64,000 nt of DNA from Laetmonice hystrix (Eukaryota): NCBI GenBank assembly GCA_965235115.1, contig OZ249436.1, positions 9,984,001-10,048,000 of the forward strand, given 5' to 3'. Below, in pieces: positions 14,201 to 29,058 of the stretch (position 1 is its first letter; each line of letters begins with the position of its first letter). A model generated the notes under the pieces. It saw only the letters and a list, made by a program, of their open reading frames with translations, ran no database searches and was not told the DNA's origin. The position numbers and the translations under genes are program-made.

Positions 14201-17200
14201 CACCCTGCTCTCTAACAGCAGTGCGTGCCAATCTCTGCTCTCCGAGTCCCTGTCTCAGAATAATGTGGTTTGAATATACCTCTGACAGTGTCGGGGCGCA
14301 TATCTCAACACCAATTCTCAAACCGCTGGAATCTAAACAAAAATATGAGTCTTAAATGTTACTGTAATTACACTGTAATATTAAAAACATCATGGTCTAG
14401 TTGGTACGGATGTTTGCTTTTTCTTTCTTCCTTTTCTTTTTCCCTCCCAACACTTGCAAAGTGATGAAATGACTGTTGCGAAACGGAAGCACTAAGGTAT
14501 AGTTGTAAGCACATGATGTAGTTTTATGTAGATTGATACTGCCAGTTGGTGTTGAATGAATGCGAACTAACCCTGTCCAAACTCATCTATTCCGAACGTC
14601 TGCAGCCCTGTATACGGTGTCTGAACGATGAAAGTACAGTTCAAATGACCGACACACATCCGCCTTCATTTAGCCAGTACAATGCAAATGTACGGTGTAC
14701 AGTTACGACGGAGTATTAAAGGGCACGCAGCGCCCCCTACAGGGGGAAGTACCTCCCCACACAGATATCTTACGTCACAGAGCGTCCTGACGGGTAGGGA
14801 GGCGACCTGCTCGCTAGGTTGCTTTGTTCATAATGATAGCTGTCACAGTGGTCCTAGGTCAATACGAGTACGATTTGAAATGAGACCACAGTTCGAGTTT
14901 GAAGAGTCAGTCCAACAAATATTTCTGAAGACACGAGGTCACAAATAACAATTGACCTGCAGAGATAATCAAAGAAAGACGCCGAGAGGTCGAACGGTAC
15001 AGTTTAGTTTTGAAAGCCCTTTGATGAAGGGGCATGTAACCCGAGGCTTACAGCAGGTTGGCGCAACATGGACAGATGTATGTAGGCCCACATGGATATA
15101 TGCACAATGAAGTTCCAGAGCTTATGCCAGCTTATATAATATAGGCCTATTCTGCATGGAAATTCCGGTTAGGGGTAGGCTATATTCCAAAATACCCTCG
15201 GGCATGCCTGTAGAAATGGAGTAGAGAAAGAAAGAAGCCTACATGTGCAAGATCAATTGTCCGGCCGGCGTCATTATAATGACCATTTCTATACATGGAG
15301 GACAACGGAGTCCCCCAGAAACTTCTAAACCTCGAAGCAAGAAACTGACAAACTTTCACACGCAAAGCAAGAATGTAAAAGTTCAGAGGCCAAGACCAGT
15401 TTTCGAGGCCCACTAATGACGATTCTATCGAGCAGTTCCAGCGGTTTCAAAGCCATACTTTTAGTATTAACGAAAGAGTATTAATGTGTGTATAGGCATA
15501 TACAGTGTAGCCCTATGTCCATCAGAGGAAGATGCTGGGATACAAACAATCCTATGATTTCGTACGAGTTCTCGAAACTGCATGCAGGCCCGATACATCG
15601 AAATTTGGTGACCTTGAAGACTGGGTGGGTCAAAAGCGGGAAAAATAACAAGAACAAAGCAACCAAAGGTAAAATACGTGTTCTGGTGAAATGATTGTGG
15701 ATTCTGGTGAAACTGTATGTTGAACAGATCTGAAACTAGGCCTCCTTGGATGTAGCTCGACTGGAAAGTACGCTATATGTGCTGGGAGTGTTTCAAAGGC
15801 TGTTGTCGGGGAGCGCCGTGTAGGGAGGTGTTTACCGTACGTGTGATGCGGCCGGTGGTAGGCGGCCGCGTGTGACCGGCCGCTCAGTCGATTCAAACAT
15901 ATACGACAGGTCCGGGCTCCCCGTCAACAGCCACAGAATCCACATCCATGTGTACACACGGACACCTAACAGACCCCGTCAAACAGCCAAGTGTGTACAA
16001 AATGTTCTCCTTTTAACAAATACAAATTCAGAAGCCAGACGTAGGCCTATAGCTGACGTTACAGTATGGATGGACCGCAACCACCGATAGAGGGCGGAGG
16101 TGTATGGTTCTTAAAGCAGCACCAGTTACTAGTTCTTTGTGCGTACGATCTCATGGAGACTTCATGCATGGTAGACTGCTAACCAGAACTTTGACAAAGT
16201 TTGTCCAAATTTATCATAAACACACAGATTGTAAGTTTATTTGTAAAATGTGTTCTCAAAGACTTGTATTTAGGCATTTATTGATTTAAGGTATATCATG
16301 AATACTATGTCTTAAAGGATACCTCCGGACAGAATTCAAAGAACCGATTATCCTATTATTATGATGACAAAGATTCTGACTCTACACGTATCGATCAAAA
16401 CTTTCAGTCACTGAACAATAATATGCATGTACCCTTGCGAAGGACGGTACCTTTGTCACATTTAAATCAGCAAACAGCGTGACTGTTTTATTACTTATAT
16501 AGGCTATAAGGGAAGTCGCGTTCCTGTTATATTTTGGGGTTACAGTGAGGCATAAATTGTAATACCGGAATAAAGTAGGGTTTCAATTGGGGCCAAGGAG
16601 TTGGATGATAAAGGAAAGTAGCGATAACATCGTCCAGAATTTAGGGGAACTGGAGCCCCCCCCCACCCGTAGCCCCCTGGATCCACCACTGCACACTTCT
16701 AGTATAATCTAACCCCTATACAAAAACATGTTAGTTGAAACAATTTATGACAGGGGCCTAATTGCTATAGGAATAACCAATGACATGTTCTACTACAATG
16801 CAATAATATTTATAGAGCTTAACTTCGGCGAATAGCACACGAAGATCCTGCTTTGTAACATGTAGTTTGAAGCTATCTTTTAAGTACATGTGGGGGGGTC
16901 CCCTTTTGAAATACTTGTTGTACTCTGTTAGGTGTGAGATAAGATCTCTCATTTGCCACAACTGTGCTTAAAATGGTTGTCGTATAGGCTAGAATGTCAC
17001 AACTCGAGTCTAACAGGGACGTATCCCTGTATGGAGGCATGGAGACGGTATCGTTTAACTTTAATCCAGGCGCCATACCCGACTCTACAATATGGGCAGC
17101 TATATATAATATCACCAAAATGGAAACATATTGCTTCCCCCCCCCCCCCCATAGATCCCTATAGGCACCTATACACGTAAATAGGCTCCTTTTTTACATT

Positions 17201-20200
17201 TATGACATTTTCAAATAAATCTTTACGTTACAAACGTTTTCAAAGCCGAACGACCTTCCTGTGTTAACACATCTGTAAAATTGTCATTATGTATTAATCA
17301 TGTAAAATTGTCATTATGTATTAATCATGTAAAATTGTCATTATGTATTAATCATGTAAAATTGTCATTATGTATTACAATCAAACGATTGTACTAATTC
17401 CAATAACCGACGATTATAACATGATAGCAGCTGCAGGTGCAGTGCATTGTGGGAGAATTGTTCCTGATTTGTGCCCCCCCCCCATATATGGCTGAATTGT
17501 TCTGTTTTTGCAAGATAGCTTTTGAAATATTGACACCCCCAGGTGTTGGCATTATTCCGCCGAGATGCTGAATAATGTTTCTCCCTTGTAGTCTGATATG
17601 GGATTAACAATGACAAATAATGATAAAGGAATCGGTACCAGTTGGTGACGGAAGCCTTACAATTACATAATTTGTGATAAATCGTTAACAAAACTACGGT
17701 AATTCTTTTATTCGGTTATACCGAACTAGTAGTTTATACATTCACACATTCACACCCACACACACCCGCGTGCGCACGTGTATGGCTATACGTTGTGTCC
17801 AATATATTTATAGGTCTATATATATAATAGTATATAGGCCTACTATACGCCTAACGTCGACATTTTTGACTGTCAGGGGGGTCGGTGGTGATTTATGAGA
17901 GTTCTTTATCTCCGTGTTTAATCTTGATTTGTTAATTGGTAGTTTATGGTCACAATGGACCGCAATAATTTTACCACCGTCTATTGTCGCCGATAGCGGT
18001 AAATCGGAGGCTGGTTTCATGGTCGGCCTGCCATGGGTCGCTCATTTGCTGGGTGCCCGTAGCTCCCGCGGCCCTATCTACGACGGGACAGGCGTTACGG
18101 GGGCCCATTAGTGAGTCGGGCACCCCTCGGTGCTCACCGTGGACTGAGAGACCCCTGCTGACCGGCCGGGTACCTGCTGATATTCCCTCAGGTCGTCGTC
18201 TTGTACCGCCCATCTCCTATAGCCCTCCTCTCCAACTATCACAGGACTTGTGTCTGAAAGTGGGTCCGTACACCGCCTGTGTTCTGACACTGGTGGTCCC
18301 TTTGTGAGGGTGACACTGTCAGAATCAGCTGTCACACAGCTATTTGTAAGACACACCGATCTAATCGGACTGTAATCTGCTTACCCGTCAACACCCGGGT
18401 GGTGGAACGGGTCGGCGGAGACCATTGGTCGGAGTTGTACGGACACGGGTCCCCGCCGGGCGGTGGCCTCCCGCCTTCACCATCCCGCCGATCATATAGT
18501 ATAAGGCGCTCTCTGATGTGAGCTCCGGTTTGGGGGCACACCTCGCTGTCCACCTGCGGGGAACTGGTGAACTAAGTCTACCTGCCGTCCAGGCTGTGGT
18601 CCCCGCTGGTAGCGACAGAAAGCATCCCGCCAGGCCGTGCCACCCGGCTTCTCTAACCAGGCACACACACGGTTCCCAACCTATCGGCTTGCCTGGCGGG
18701 AGACTGCCTTCTACTTTAATACAGGCTTCCAGACAACTAAAGGAGGGGGGGGGGCACTGTGGACCCTACAAATTGCTAAGTTTTAAATGCCAGATGAGGG
18801 AGACACAATATATGTGAGGCCTGGCTTCTCTCGGAGGGTGGGCCGGCCGATATCAGCTCCAGGTACGCAACCCGCTCGAGCAGGGCCCCATGTGGTGCAC
18901 TCTTTTATCGAAAAACCTAAGTACATCTATTGCATCATTACTTTGTGCCCTGTTTCTCCTTATGTACTTTACCCTGTGTCTCAATTGGTTGCATTTTTTA
19001 AATCTGAAAAAAATATATATGAACAACCTCATAAGAAGGTGAATCGTAAACTTATGCTTGCATGATAAATTGAACACACTATACACTAATAGGCATATAC
19101 AGGGCATAAGTTTTGGGAAAGTTTCAGTAGGTAAAGTGCTCAGTATTCGGCCATAATTATTGAACCGACGAACTGGGAATTATAGGCTATACGATATCAC
19201 CAAGATACAGTGTACGCATCCGACCTGGCAAACGTCAAATGGTTGGACCCTTTGGTCTGAGCAGACCACCCTCGTCACCGGCCGCGATTAAAGGCAACCA
19301 ATGTCTGCGATTGGAAAGGGGCGGGCTGACCTACAAAGGCCATCCATACTTTCAAGGACAGTGGTCATTAGAGGAGTAATAGGAACGAGCTGTCTGGGGG
19401 ACAGTTCGGGGACAGTTTGGGGACATTCGGGGACAGTTCGGGGACAGTTCATTGGGCGAGTCTGAAGTCTTCGACACATTAGTGTCCGCAGCTCTGAAGA
19501 TTAAAAAAGAACGCTGGTCGGGTCAAGGATGCTTGGTCTGCCCTGTCTCCTGTCTGATGCCAGTAGACATGAAGTCTTGTTGCCGGTGAAGCAGCCTACT
19601 TGTGCACGCCACCAGTTAGAGTCTCCCCCTGCTGTGCGGTATTAGGCCCGGGGTTGGTGAGGGTGGGCCACCGGGGCCAGGACCGGCCGTGTATCGGGCA
19701 ACGTCAGGACCCACGTGTCGGTAACCTCACAGCTGGGTAATGACTACCGGCACACCCTCGTCAGCATACCCCCCTCCCCCCACGACACCCGCACCCCCAC
19801 CTCAACATCACGGACGTGCGAACTCTACACGTGCGCTACAAGACATTGCCCTTTCCATCGACGATATCAGCCGCGTGACTTGTAGAAATCAGTGGGTAAT
19901 CGGGCCTGATTCAGAACCGAATATTTGGGATACTGCAAGAATTTTCTTATCGTGTCAGCGAGAGCTACCTCAGCCACGTGGGAACACCCTTCTCATTTGT
20001 TACTTGGATATTTTATATAGCACCTCAAAATTCACCATTCATGCAGTATATTCAATACGGAATATACCTGCAAGCCTTTACACCCCGGCCTGGTTTTCCA
20101 TGATGAAATTTAACATTTCATATAGCGACACCGTATGAAACTTCAGAATCGGTTGATCCTTGTTTAGGTAACTTCCTTAATGATCGATGCAGTCTATGGA

Positions 20201-22258
20201 AGTTAAACATTTAACATAACAAAAGCTACAGAGCCGATAATACCAGGACCCAGTTCGTGTGGGTGGTTTCGTACAATAGTTGCCTGTCAAGTAACGAGAC
20301 ACAGAAAGCCCCACACGTCACCACTCCTGCAGCATTCATTCTGCCGGAGTGTATACTACAAACTGTTGTGACAAATGTTTACTTGTATCACACACTCTAT
20401 GCACGTAATATACCTCTCGCTGACGGATAACATGTTGGTTCATTTTTTGGCCAGTACAACATGTTAGCCTGTCTAAGTTGTGCTGCTGCCATCCCTTTGA
20501 TATCCGGGGTTTGATGACGTTTAGCTACCATGATAAAGTAACTGGCAAGAAACACGTGTTGACCATATGCTGGTTTATATACGATACGATCCTAGGTTTG
20601 AAAACTTGCAAGATGCAGCAGCAAAGGGGCGTCCCCTTGCTGCTGGGTACCAGGCTGATACATGGAAATGGGAATGATAGTCTATGTTATATATAGTCTA
20701 AAAGGTTTTGTGAGCGAATCAATATGTTTGGTGGGTAATTCCATATCGGCGAGGGCAGTGTTGGGAGACGGTTGCCGGCCGACCGATCAGGGCAGGCAGT
20801 GAGGAGGGCGATGGTTTGGGTATGATTGGCGTGGATGGCGGTCCAGACGTCTGGTTTACGTCAGGCTGCCGTCATTCCTCACACTTATGTCATGTTACCT
20901 GCGAATGACTGCGACTATGGCATAGTAAACGGGATCGAGAGGGGGAGAGTTTTGTCAGATTGACAGACCATCAATGCCGATACCTTGGATGATTATACTC
21001 AATTTAAAAGCTAACTGATGTGTTCCAGCCCCTTTCTGTGTTCACTGAGTTATGTTGGGTGGGTGTTTTGTATCGTGGTTTCTATAATGTTACCTCGATT
21101 GAGGCCGCACCATGTGCACCATGTGTAAGACAAGTCGACAATAAAATACGAGAGCTGAAGGAAACTAAACGCATGCACGTCATAATGTAAGAAAAAGGTT
21201 TCATGAGGAGACGTAAGACGTTACTTACCTACGCACTCGTTGGCTTCCTTAGCTGTGGCGCGAGCCCACGGCCGGTCAAAGTGAAACGGTTTGCATCGTT
21301 CGCAGTCGGTTCCCGCAGTGTTGTGCTTACAATCGCACTGGAGTTTTCCCTCCTTGTTTGTCGTACAGCGAGACGCGTGACCATTGCATTTACAACGACC
21401 TCCGACGGCGAAGTCGGACAGGGCGTAGAAGTAGCTCTCCCGGGCCTCTTCCTCGTTCTCCTCGTCACCGTAGGTGTTGAGGCGGTTGAAGACCACCATG
21501 ATGTCCGTGGCTGTCACCCAGTCCTGGAGGACGGGTGAGTTGTCGAAGTCGTAGGCGGACGGGCGTCCTTCCAGGGTGCTGAAGGCGACGCGGGCCCCAC
21601 TCAGCGGGTCAATGTTACTGTAGGCATCAGTACATAACGCCTCCTGTTCGTTAGCTTTGGTGATGACAGCACGCGGTGATTTCGAGTACATTTTCTTACA
21701 CTGGCTGGAATAGAACTGGAAGGGTACCCAACTGTTGCCGTAATCCGTACTCTTGAAGATAGCCATCGAGTCTGGCCGCGCAGAACAGAACTGCAAGCTG
21801 ACATAGGTGAGCTCATACTTCTTCTCGAGAGAAAGAGTGAGCGTAACGTTTTGAGGGAACTGGACGAACGGTTCCGACATCCAGCACGTCAAGTTGTTGG
21901 GGTTGTTCAGATCGGTTAGATAAGTTGACGGGTGGCGTCTTTTAGGGTGGTTGGAATCGCAGATGAAACAATTGCGTACCATCTTGCCCTCTTTATCAGT
22001 TGTCGTCTGACAATAGCGAGAGGGTGGTGACCCGCACGTGCTCGACGCCTTCACGTCCTTGCCGAAAGCGGCATTGACAAAGTCGGGAATACAACGTCGC
22101 GGCTTGTTCTGCTCGTCAACACAAGGGTCCGGCGGATTCTGCTGGGCCGCAAACATGTTTAGAAAAGACGCCGCCCCCGATGTCCGCACGTGCAACCCCA
22201 GTAGGCACCACGCAACGCACAGCAGAACGTGCACACGCCACAACCTTCCCGCAAACAT
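2045..22258 (-). CDS. NTN1: Netrin gene, 5' part (exon 1 21229-22258; LE2 exons 2289-2477 and 2045-2233; LE3 and C345C exons not found, presumably left of the window)
   Basis: Translation matches netrin-1/UNC-6: [67 protein letters not shown], then [23 protein letters not shown]. Phase-1 junctions are compatible. Confidence 0.96.
2289..2477 (-). CDS. NTN1: Netrin LE2 (V-2) exon, copy A
   Basis: tttcag|CC..AAAG|gtaggc; 189 bp; [63 protein letters not shown]. Confidence 0.95.
3825..3854 (-). promoter_or_regulatory. Candidate intronic RNA docking element complementary to the netrin exon A 5' splice site
   Basis: Inverted repeat with 2274-2301: 26 Watson-Crick and 2 GU pairs, two 1-nt bulges; contains two UGCAUG motifs. 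Confidence 0.6.
6615..6792. mobile_element. Palindromic MITE
   Basis: Imperfect long inverted arms TGGCCC..TCTTAAGACT. Confidence 0.6.
9121..9385 (+). mobile_element. Full-length tRNA-derived SINE with a V-domain-like core
   Basis: A box TGGCCGAGTGG, B box GGTTCGATTCC, core GGTTTCCTCCGGGTACTCCGGTTTCCTCC, (ACCC)n tail, 12-bp TSD CCCTGATTAATC (9109-9120, 9386-9397). Confidence 0.9.
12198..12740. repeat. 34-bp minisatellite, about 16 copies
   Basis: TGCCGCGATATGTATCTGATGAGGCTTCYATTCG. Confidence 0.95.
17274..17377. repeat. 27-bp tandem repeat, about 4 copies
   Basis: TGTAAAATTGTCATTATGTATTAATCA. Confidence 0.9.
21229..22258 (-). CDS. NTN1: Netrin coding exon 1: signal peptide, laminin N-terminal domain VI, LE1
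   Basis: ATG at 22258, hydrophobic leader, ends ANECV G|GTAAGT (phase 1). Confidence 0.97.
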
Positions 22259-23329
22259 GTTTATAGACTCTCGATTTGTAATAAAAATCTGAGTACCAAA
22301 AGTGTGTTTTCTAGGCTACTGTGATACTAAAGAGGGTCTAACTAAGCTAGCATCCTTTATAATGAGCCCCAACAGTGGTCGGAAATAATTTACCTGTACA
22401 ATGTGGTCAAACAGACCTGCTTCAATAGATTTCCATCTGACACAAGGGGTTGGTTACAAACACATAAACATCCAGGCTTCAGCTTAATGAAATAAATCCA
22501 AAATACGCGCAAAACATAAACTTGTAAAATCCGGACCCGATCTTAACACTTGATTATTAGTTGTGATATCCACGACTTGCTATGGCATTCGGTTGCTCTT
22601 CGGTTGAACACAAATTTCGCAGTTTTTAATCTAGGCTTAGTCCGTCCACGTCACTGCAAAAGTCTTTGAAACTCGCCAAATTGTGTTCAAATGTCTCCAC
22701 AGATATGTTTTTACCCTTACGTTCCGAGTGAGGTATGGTGGTTCTCACATATTTGGCGAAGGTTCTCCTTAACTTCAGGTCAGTAATTACCTTGGTGTTG
22801 GGTCGGCGGTTCTCTTTCCTCACTTTGGCAGCGGTCAAGGCAAGACGATCCAGATGTCAACTGCGACTACTAGCTTGAACTTGTTAAGTTGTCGTGTGAA
22901 CTCGAATCATCCTTTTCTACTTTAAAAGTCCTGAGCCGGCCGAACAACCAACAACAAGCAATTTAAGAGTAAAGTGAGATTTGTGAAGTTTGTGGCCCAA
23001 CTGATAGCTGTGACGCTGAAGCCACTGTAGGCGTCAGCTCCCGGCTCGGCCGTGTCTGTACTGGGCGATGAGCGGCCCGCCACACACCGGCGGCAGCGAG
23101 TCGCTGGACCTCTGCTGGGAGTTCTGTGAGCCGCTCACTCCTTGCAGACGAGGAGTAGGTGGACATCACACTTTACCCTGGAACCATGCCACAGAGTAAT
23201 CGGTGATGGTGTTTTCTGCATCAATAGTCATAATCGTCAGCTGCTCCCTGCTGTCTTACCGTCGAGGTGTGAAGTCCTCGCGCGATTAAATGTTCATGCT
23301 CGTGTCGCCTCTGTTTGGAGGTGTGATTG

Positions 23330-23600
23330 TGTGCGTGCCTGCACACCAATCGGCCTACTCGCAGCAGCTACCCCCACAAACAGCGCCACCATCGGCCGAC
23401 TGCTTGCTCTGACGCCGTGCCCGCCGCGCTCCCTCCCGGGGTGTGGGTGAAGTAGCAACCCGGGCGGGCGGGCGGTGGCGGCCCGCCCCGTTCGTTGGTC
23501 GCCTCATCGCCAGCGCCACCACTTGCGAACAGGCCAGGGCATCACCAGCGCCATCTACCGTCGGGTGCAATTACCTGGGTGGGCCCGCTTTGGAAATAGC
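23330..23600 (-). promoter_or_regulatory. Putative netrin promoter (GC-rich, GC boxes, CCAAT)
   Basis: CpG-rich patch with repeated GGGCGG/CCGCCC (about 23460-23490) and CCAAT near 23346, about 1.1 kb upstream of the ATG; TSS not determinable. Confidence 0.5.
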
Positions 23601-24577
23601 AATTTGTTGTTGTTGGGAGGGGGGATTACGTAACTCACAAGGGTGGGAAGCGAGATATTTGAATGTTTGATTGAGACTATATGTCTAACCGTTACCAATT
23701 AAAGCTATGACGTGCACATTGTATATAAGAATTGTGTACATGTAGGCCTACGCATGTGCCAACAAAGGACCTTTGTTCGTAGGCCTACAGTCGAAAATAA
23801 AACAGGTATATAAGGAACATGTAAGACTCTGTTTGTTTTCGTGAATGTATTTGTTTATATCATTCAGATCCAGTATGTAGTAATGTATTATATTATGTAT
23901 AGCCTACTGTGTGTCATTGGAGAAGTAACATATAGCTTATACATGTCTATTACATACATACATTCCTAGAGGTGTACATGGCGATACTGAAATGTCCGAC
24001 ATGGTGAGGGATGTATATTATAGATAGAGTCTATGATACGTTCATATAAATATTTTATCAGGTGCTACTGTCACACTATGTGACGCCCAAATCATACCAC
24101 ACATGAAACTTTTAACACATTGCTGTATCTTTGCGACTGCGGCCAGAAAACCGTTCCTGTCCATGCAATTAACACCTGTGTTTTTATTCTGAATGAACCA
24201 GCGGCTATTCGCGGCTTCATTTTGATTGAAAGAGAACCCATTCAACGGCCACAGATGCAAGCAGCCATGATTGATAATCTGTTAAACCAACGAACGAGCA
24301 ATATACGCGTAGCTTGATGTCAATTGTCTGTCGTGTTTTCTCAGTTTCACACTTAGATCCCAACATTGTTCTAGCTATCGATGGCCTAACTCTGACGTAG
24401 CCCATGCAACCTGTATTTTCCAGGTGTCGAAGTGTAATCCCTACTCGCTAAACTACACAACTTTTCTGTTAGACGTGAAGCTTTATGGGACGATAAATAA
24501 ACAGGAAGTTGTGCTTGTTGTTTGGACCCAAGGGAAATCCCAACAAAGTAAAGTTTAACCAGACGTCTGACTTAGAG

Positions 24578-26231
24578 TTTCAATGTCTCCACAAACCTCA
24601 CTGTAAACTGTGTGTGTTTCAATGTCTCCACAAACCTCACTGTAAACTGTGGGTGTAAGACTGTTTCAATGTCTCCACAAACCTCACTGTAAACTGTGGG
24701 TGGAAGACTGTTTCAATGTCTTCACAAACCTCACTGTAAACTGTGGGTGTAAGACTGTTTCAATATCTCCACAAACCTCACTGTAAACTGTGTCTGTTTC
24801 AATGTCTCCACAAACCTCACTGTAAACTGTGTCTGTTTCAATGTCTCCACAAACCTCACTGTAAACTGTGTCTGTTTCAATGTCTCCACAAACCTCACTG
24901 TAAACTGTGGGTGTAAGACTGTTTCAATATCTCCACAAACCTCACTGTAAACTGTGTCTGTTTCAATGTCTCCACAAACCTCACTGTAAACTGTGTCTGT
25001 TTCAATGTCTCCACAAACCTCACTGTAAACTGTGTCTGTTTCAATGTCTCCACAAACCTCACTGTAAACTGTGTCTGTTTCAATGTCTCCACAAACCTCA
25101 CTGTAAACTGTGGATGTAAGACTGTTTCAATGTCTCCACAAACCTCACTGTAAACTGTGACTGTTTCAATGTCTCCACAAACCTCACTGTAAACTGTGTG
25201 TGTGTAAGACTGTTTCAATGTCTCCACAAACCTCACTGTAATGTGTATGTGTTTCAATGTCTCCACAAACCTCACTGTAAACTGTGTCTGTTTCAATGTC
25301 TCCACAAACCTCACTGTAAACTGTGGGTGGAAGACTGTTTCAATGTCTTCACAAACCTCACTGTAAACTGTGGATGTAAGACTGTTTCAATGTCTTCACA
25401 AACCTCACTGTAAACTGTGTGTGTAAGACTGTTTCAATGTCTTCACAGACCTCACTGTAAACTGTGCATATTCCAATATCTTCACAAACCTCACTGTAAA
25501 CTGTGTCTGTTTCAATGTCTTCACAAACCTCACTGTAAACTGTGTGTGTTTCAATGTATCCACAAACCTCACTGTAATATGTGTGTTTTAATGTCTCCAC
25601 AAACTTCACTGTAAACTGTGTGTGTTTTAATGTCTCCACAAACTTCACTGTAATGTGTGTGTGTGTTTCAATGTCTCCACAAACCTCACTGTAAACTGTG
25701 TGTTTCAATGTCTCCACAAATCTCACTGTAAACTGTGTGTGTTTCAATGTCTCCACAAATCTCACTGTAAACTGTGTGTGTTTCAATATCTCCACAACCC
25801 TCACTGTAAACTGTATGTGTTTCAATGTCTCCAAAAACCTCACTGTAAACTGTGTGTTTCAATGTCTCCACAAACCTCACTGTAAACTGAGTGTGTTTCA
25901 ATGTCTCCACAAACCTCACTGTAAACTGAGTGTGTTTCAATGTCTCCACAAACCTCACTGTAAACTGTGTGTTTCAATATCTTGACAAACCTCACTGTAA
26001 ACTGTGTATGTTTCAATGTCTCCACAAACCTCACTGTAAACTGAGTGTGTTTCAATGTCTTCACAAACCTCACTGTAAACTGTTTGTTTTTCAATATCTC
26101 CACAAACCTCACTGTAAACCGTGTGTGTTTCAATGTCTCCACAAACCTCACTGTATACCGTGTGTTTCAATGTCTCCACAAACCTCACTGTAAACTGTGT
26201 TTCAATATCTTGACAAACCTCACTGTAAACT
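24578..26231. repeat. 39-bp minisatellite with length variants, about 40 copies
   Basis: TTTCAATGTCTCCACAAACCTCACTGTAAACTGTGTCTG. Confidence 0.97.
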
Positions 26232-28269
26232 AAAGCAATGAACCGGCTAAAACTCCCAAACAGCAGCTTGAATTCCTATCGTGATATAAATTTCCGATAA
26301 AAATTTGACTCATGCATGGCCAAGTGCAAAGGGCCGGAAAATATTTATCAAAGGCCACAAACCTAATGACTTTACATGGTCATTTATTGAAGGTGGAATC
26401 ACCCCAGGGTGCCGGTGGAGGAGGTGGATCCATTCAACTGTTTATAACAGTTTGGACGTTTTGCGTACAGAAAAAAGGCCGGGCCGGAGCAGGCAGGCGT
26501 CCAGGCTGAGTTAATTCAGGCCCATCTCACGCCTCTCCTGCATGCAGCGTCCTAAATCATCGTAAAACTTGACACCTTTTCTGTTGTCCTCACGTCCGCC
26601 AACCAAGAAAGTGTCGGCAGCATTCAACATATCAAGTCGTCTTGACCGACTAACGTATGCAGGCGCACGCTCAGGGTTTGGGCTTCACAGTCGACAGCTG
26701 AAATACTTTCTCCGGCAACTTTACCAGTGATCTATCACCGCATGGCTTGGCCGGGCGTTCACTTCACACACCATCCCGTTTAGTAGGCCTGTTTGCAAGT
26801 AGGCATTAACAGTTTTACCCTTTTTTTATCCGCTATGTACGAGCCAGACGCAACTAAGCCGGTATCTATAATAATGAAGATGGAATAGCGTTGGAACGCA
26901 TATTCAGTAATCAGTAGGCCTACTGGAACATATATACATACGTTATTGTATAGGCTACAAGATACATTGCATATTAATATTTTATTCTAAGTACGATCGC
27001 GAATGTGCTAAACTATAATGATAGGCCCAAACTGTTTAGGATTTCTAATAATATTCAGAAACCAGTCGTCCAAGCATGTAAAGAAGAAGATATGTTGACA
27101 CTCGGTGTGTGCAAGTATGGCGAATTCAGCAATCCAAGTCCGATAAACGCTCGCCGAAATGTGGTCGCTCTTTCACCGGCCGACGAATGCAGCGGCAGCC
27201 TTTTCTTCACTCACAACCTATTTGTCGTGCCTTAAGAAAACATGGTCAAATTAAATTTGTCACTGATACAAAGCGACCTTTAACGGCTATTAATTTAAGA
27301 CGGCGATAAATTGTTAGTGCACTCAGGACGTTCGTAGAGGAACTCAAGTGGCCGTGACCCGCAATGGTTCACACCCCAAACAATTTCCAGCACACCTTGC
27401 CAACCTTCGTGCCATCTGATCGCCACGGTATGCGCCACCTTTGACAGCATTTCTTGCTCACTTCACGCTAACTGTAGATATTGGATCCTCCCACTTACTG
27501 ATCGGATTTCGGTAATTGTATAGTGTATTTTACATTTCATGTATAGTCCTGCCTTTTGTATGAGAAATTCTGGAGATTATGTAATGTTTCTTTATGATAG
27601 GAGAAACGGCGGCACAAAGAGGCAGCAAGCATTGGTAGTGAGGGTAAAGGCATTCAATATGTGTGTGGACTCATCTCTCACTATTGTTCTAGGTCCTAAA
27701 ATCACAAAAAGAAAACATAGGTCGACTTGAATTTGTGGTGTGTAAAAGAAGAAGAAGAATAATATAATTGGGATTATTTAGCAATGTATAGGTTTGGGGC
27801 GTAAACTCTGGGGGACTATCCAAATCATAGGAGTATCGATGGGTCAAAATACCCCCTGGGGCAAGACGCCCTTTCCCCATATAACCGGACAGAAATCTGC
27901 CCGGTTTGCTTAGTGTGTACCTGCCTTTATTTTCACTGAGTGTATTTTCATACAGAGAAGGGAACCAGCCAGAAGCGGAACTCGAGCTCAAGTGAGGGAG
28001 GGGGGAGGGGGGGGGGTCGTACGAACCCCCGACCCCCCCCCCCCAGTTTCGTGCTTGGGTTTACTGTAAATAGGAGACGTGCAGTCCAAGGTGATTATCT
28101 CTCATCTTATAGAAAGTATAACGTTATAGACGCTATTCAGTCGTCGACTCTACACTCGACTTAAAACAAAATCAGCCTCCTGCTACCTTAATGATAGACA
28201 GCTGATGACGTCAGAGCTTCAAGTGGTGTTGATTGGGGGGGGGGGGGGGGGGGCTTACACATATACTTC

Positions 28270-28728
28270 ACGGGTGTTGGGGGGTGGAGCTTAAGCTTAT
28301 ACGTCAAGGGTGATGGGGGTGGAGCTTAAGCTTATACGTCAAGGGTGATGGGGGGGGAGCTTATACGTCAAGGGTGATGGGGGGGGGGAGCTTATACGTC
28401 AAGGGTGATGGGGGGGGGGGGCTTATTATGTCAAGGGTGATGGGGGGGAGTATACTTCAAGGGTGATGGGGGGAGTATAGGGCCTACTTCAAGTGTGATG
28501 GAGGGGGAGAGCTTATTATGTCACTTCAAGTGTGATGGAGGGGGCAGAGCTTATTATGTCAAGGGTGGTAGGGGGGGGGAGTATACTTCAAGGGTGATGG
28601 GGGGGAGCTTATACGTCAAGGGTGATGGAGGGGGAGGGAGCTTATACTTTAAGGGTGATGCGGGGGGGGGGAGCTTATACTTCAAGGGTGATGGGGGGGG
28701 GCTTAAACACTTCAAGGGTGATGGGGGG
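28270..28728. repeat. G-rich minisatellite of about 30 bp
   Basis: GAGCTTATAC(G/T)TCAAGGGTGATG(n). Confidence 0.9.
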
Positions 28729-28773
28729 TCCTTTTTCAACGTAAGACGTGTGTTATTGAAGAAGGCACACGCT

Positions 28774-29058
28774 TGCCCTCGTGAAGACGCAATGTCATCG
28801 ACTTTAAACCCTTGTACCTGTGTTATCTCATGCCCGCGTGAAGTCGCAATGTCATCGACTTTAAACCCTTGTACCTGTGTTATCTCATGCCCGCGTGAAG
28901 ACGCAATGTCATCGACTTTAAACCATTGTACCTGTGTTATCTCATGCCCGCGTGAAGACGCAATGTCATCGACTTTAAACCCTTGTACCTGTGTTATCTC
29001 ATGCCCGCGTGAAGACGCAATGTCATCGACTTTAAACCCTTGTACCTGTGTTATCTCA
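28774..29058. repeat. 57-bp tandem repeat, 5 copies
   Basis: TGCCCGCGTGAAGACGCAATGTCATCGACTTTAAACCCTTGTACCTGTGTTATCTCA. Confidence 0.95.

Noticed and set aside
17870..18900. Possible LTR element (purine tract near 18740 followed by TGT)
   Set aside because: No paired LTR, PBS, TSD or coding remnant found.
24578..26231. CRISPR-like array or repetitive ORFs (CLHKPHCK)
   Set aside because: Head-to-tail minisatellite without spacers; the ORFs are by-products of the repeat.
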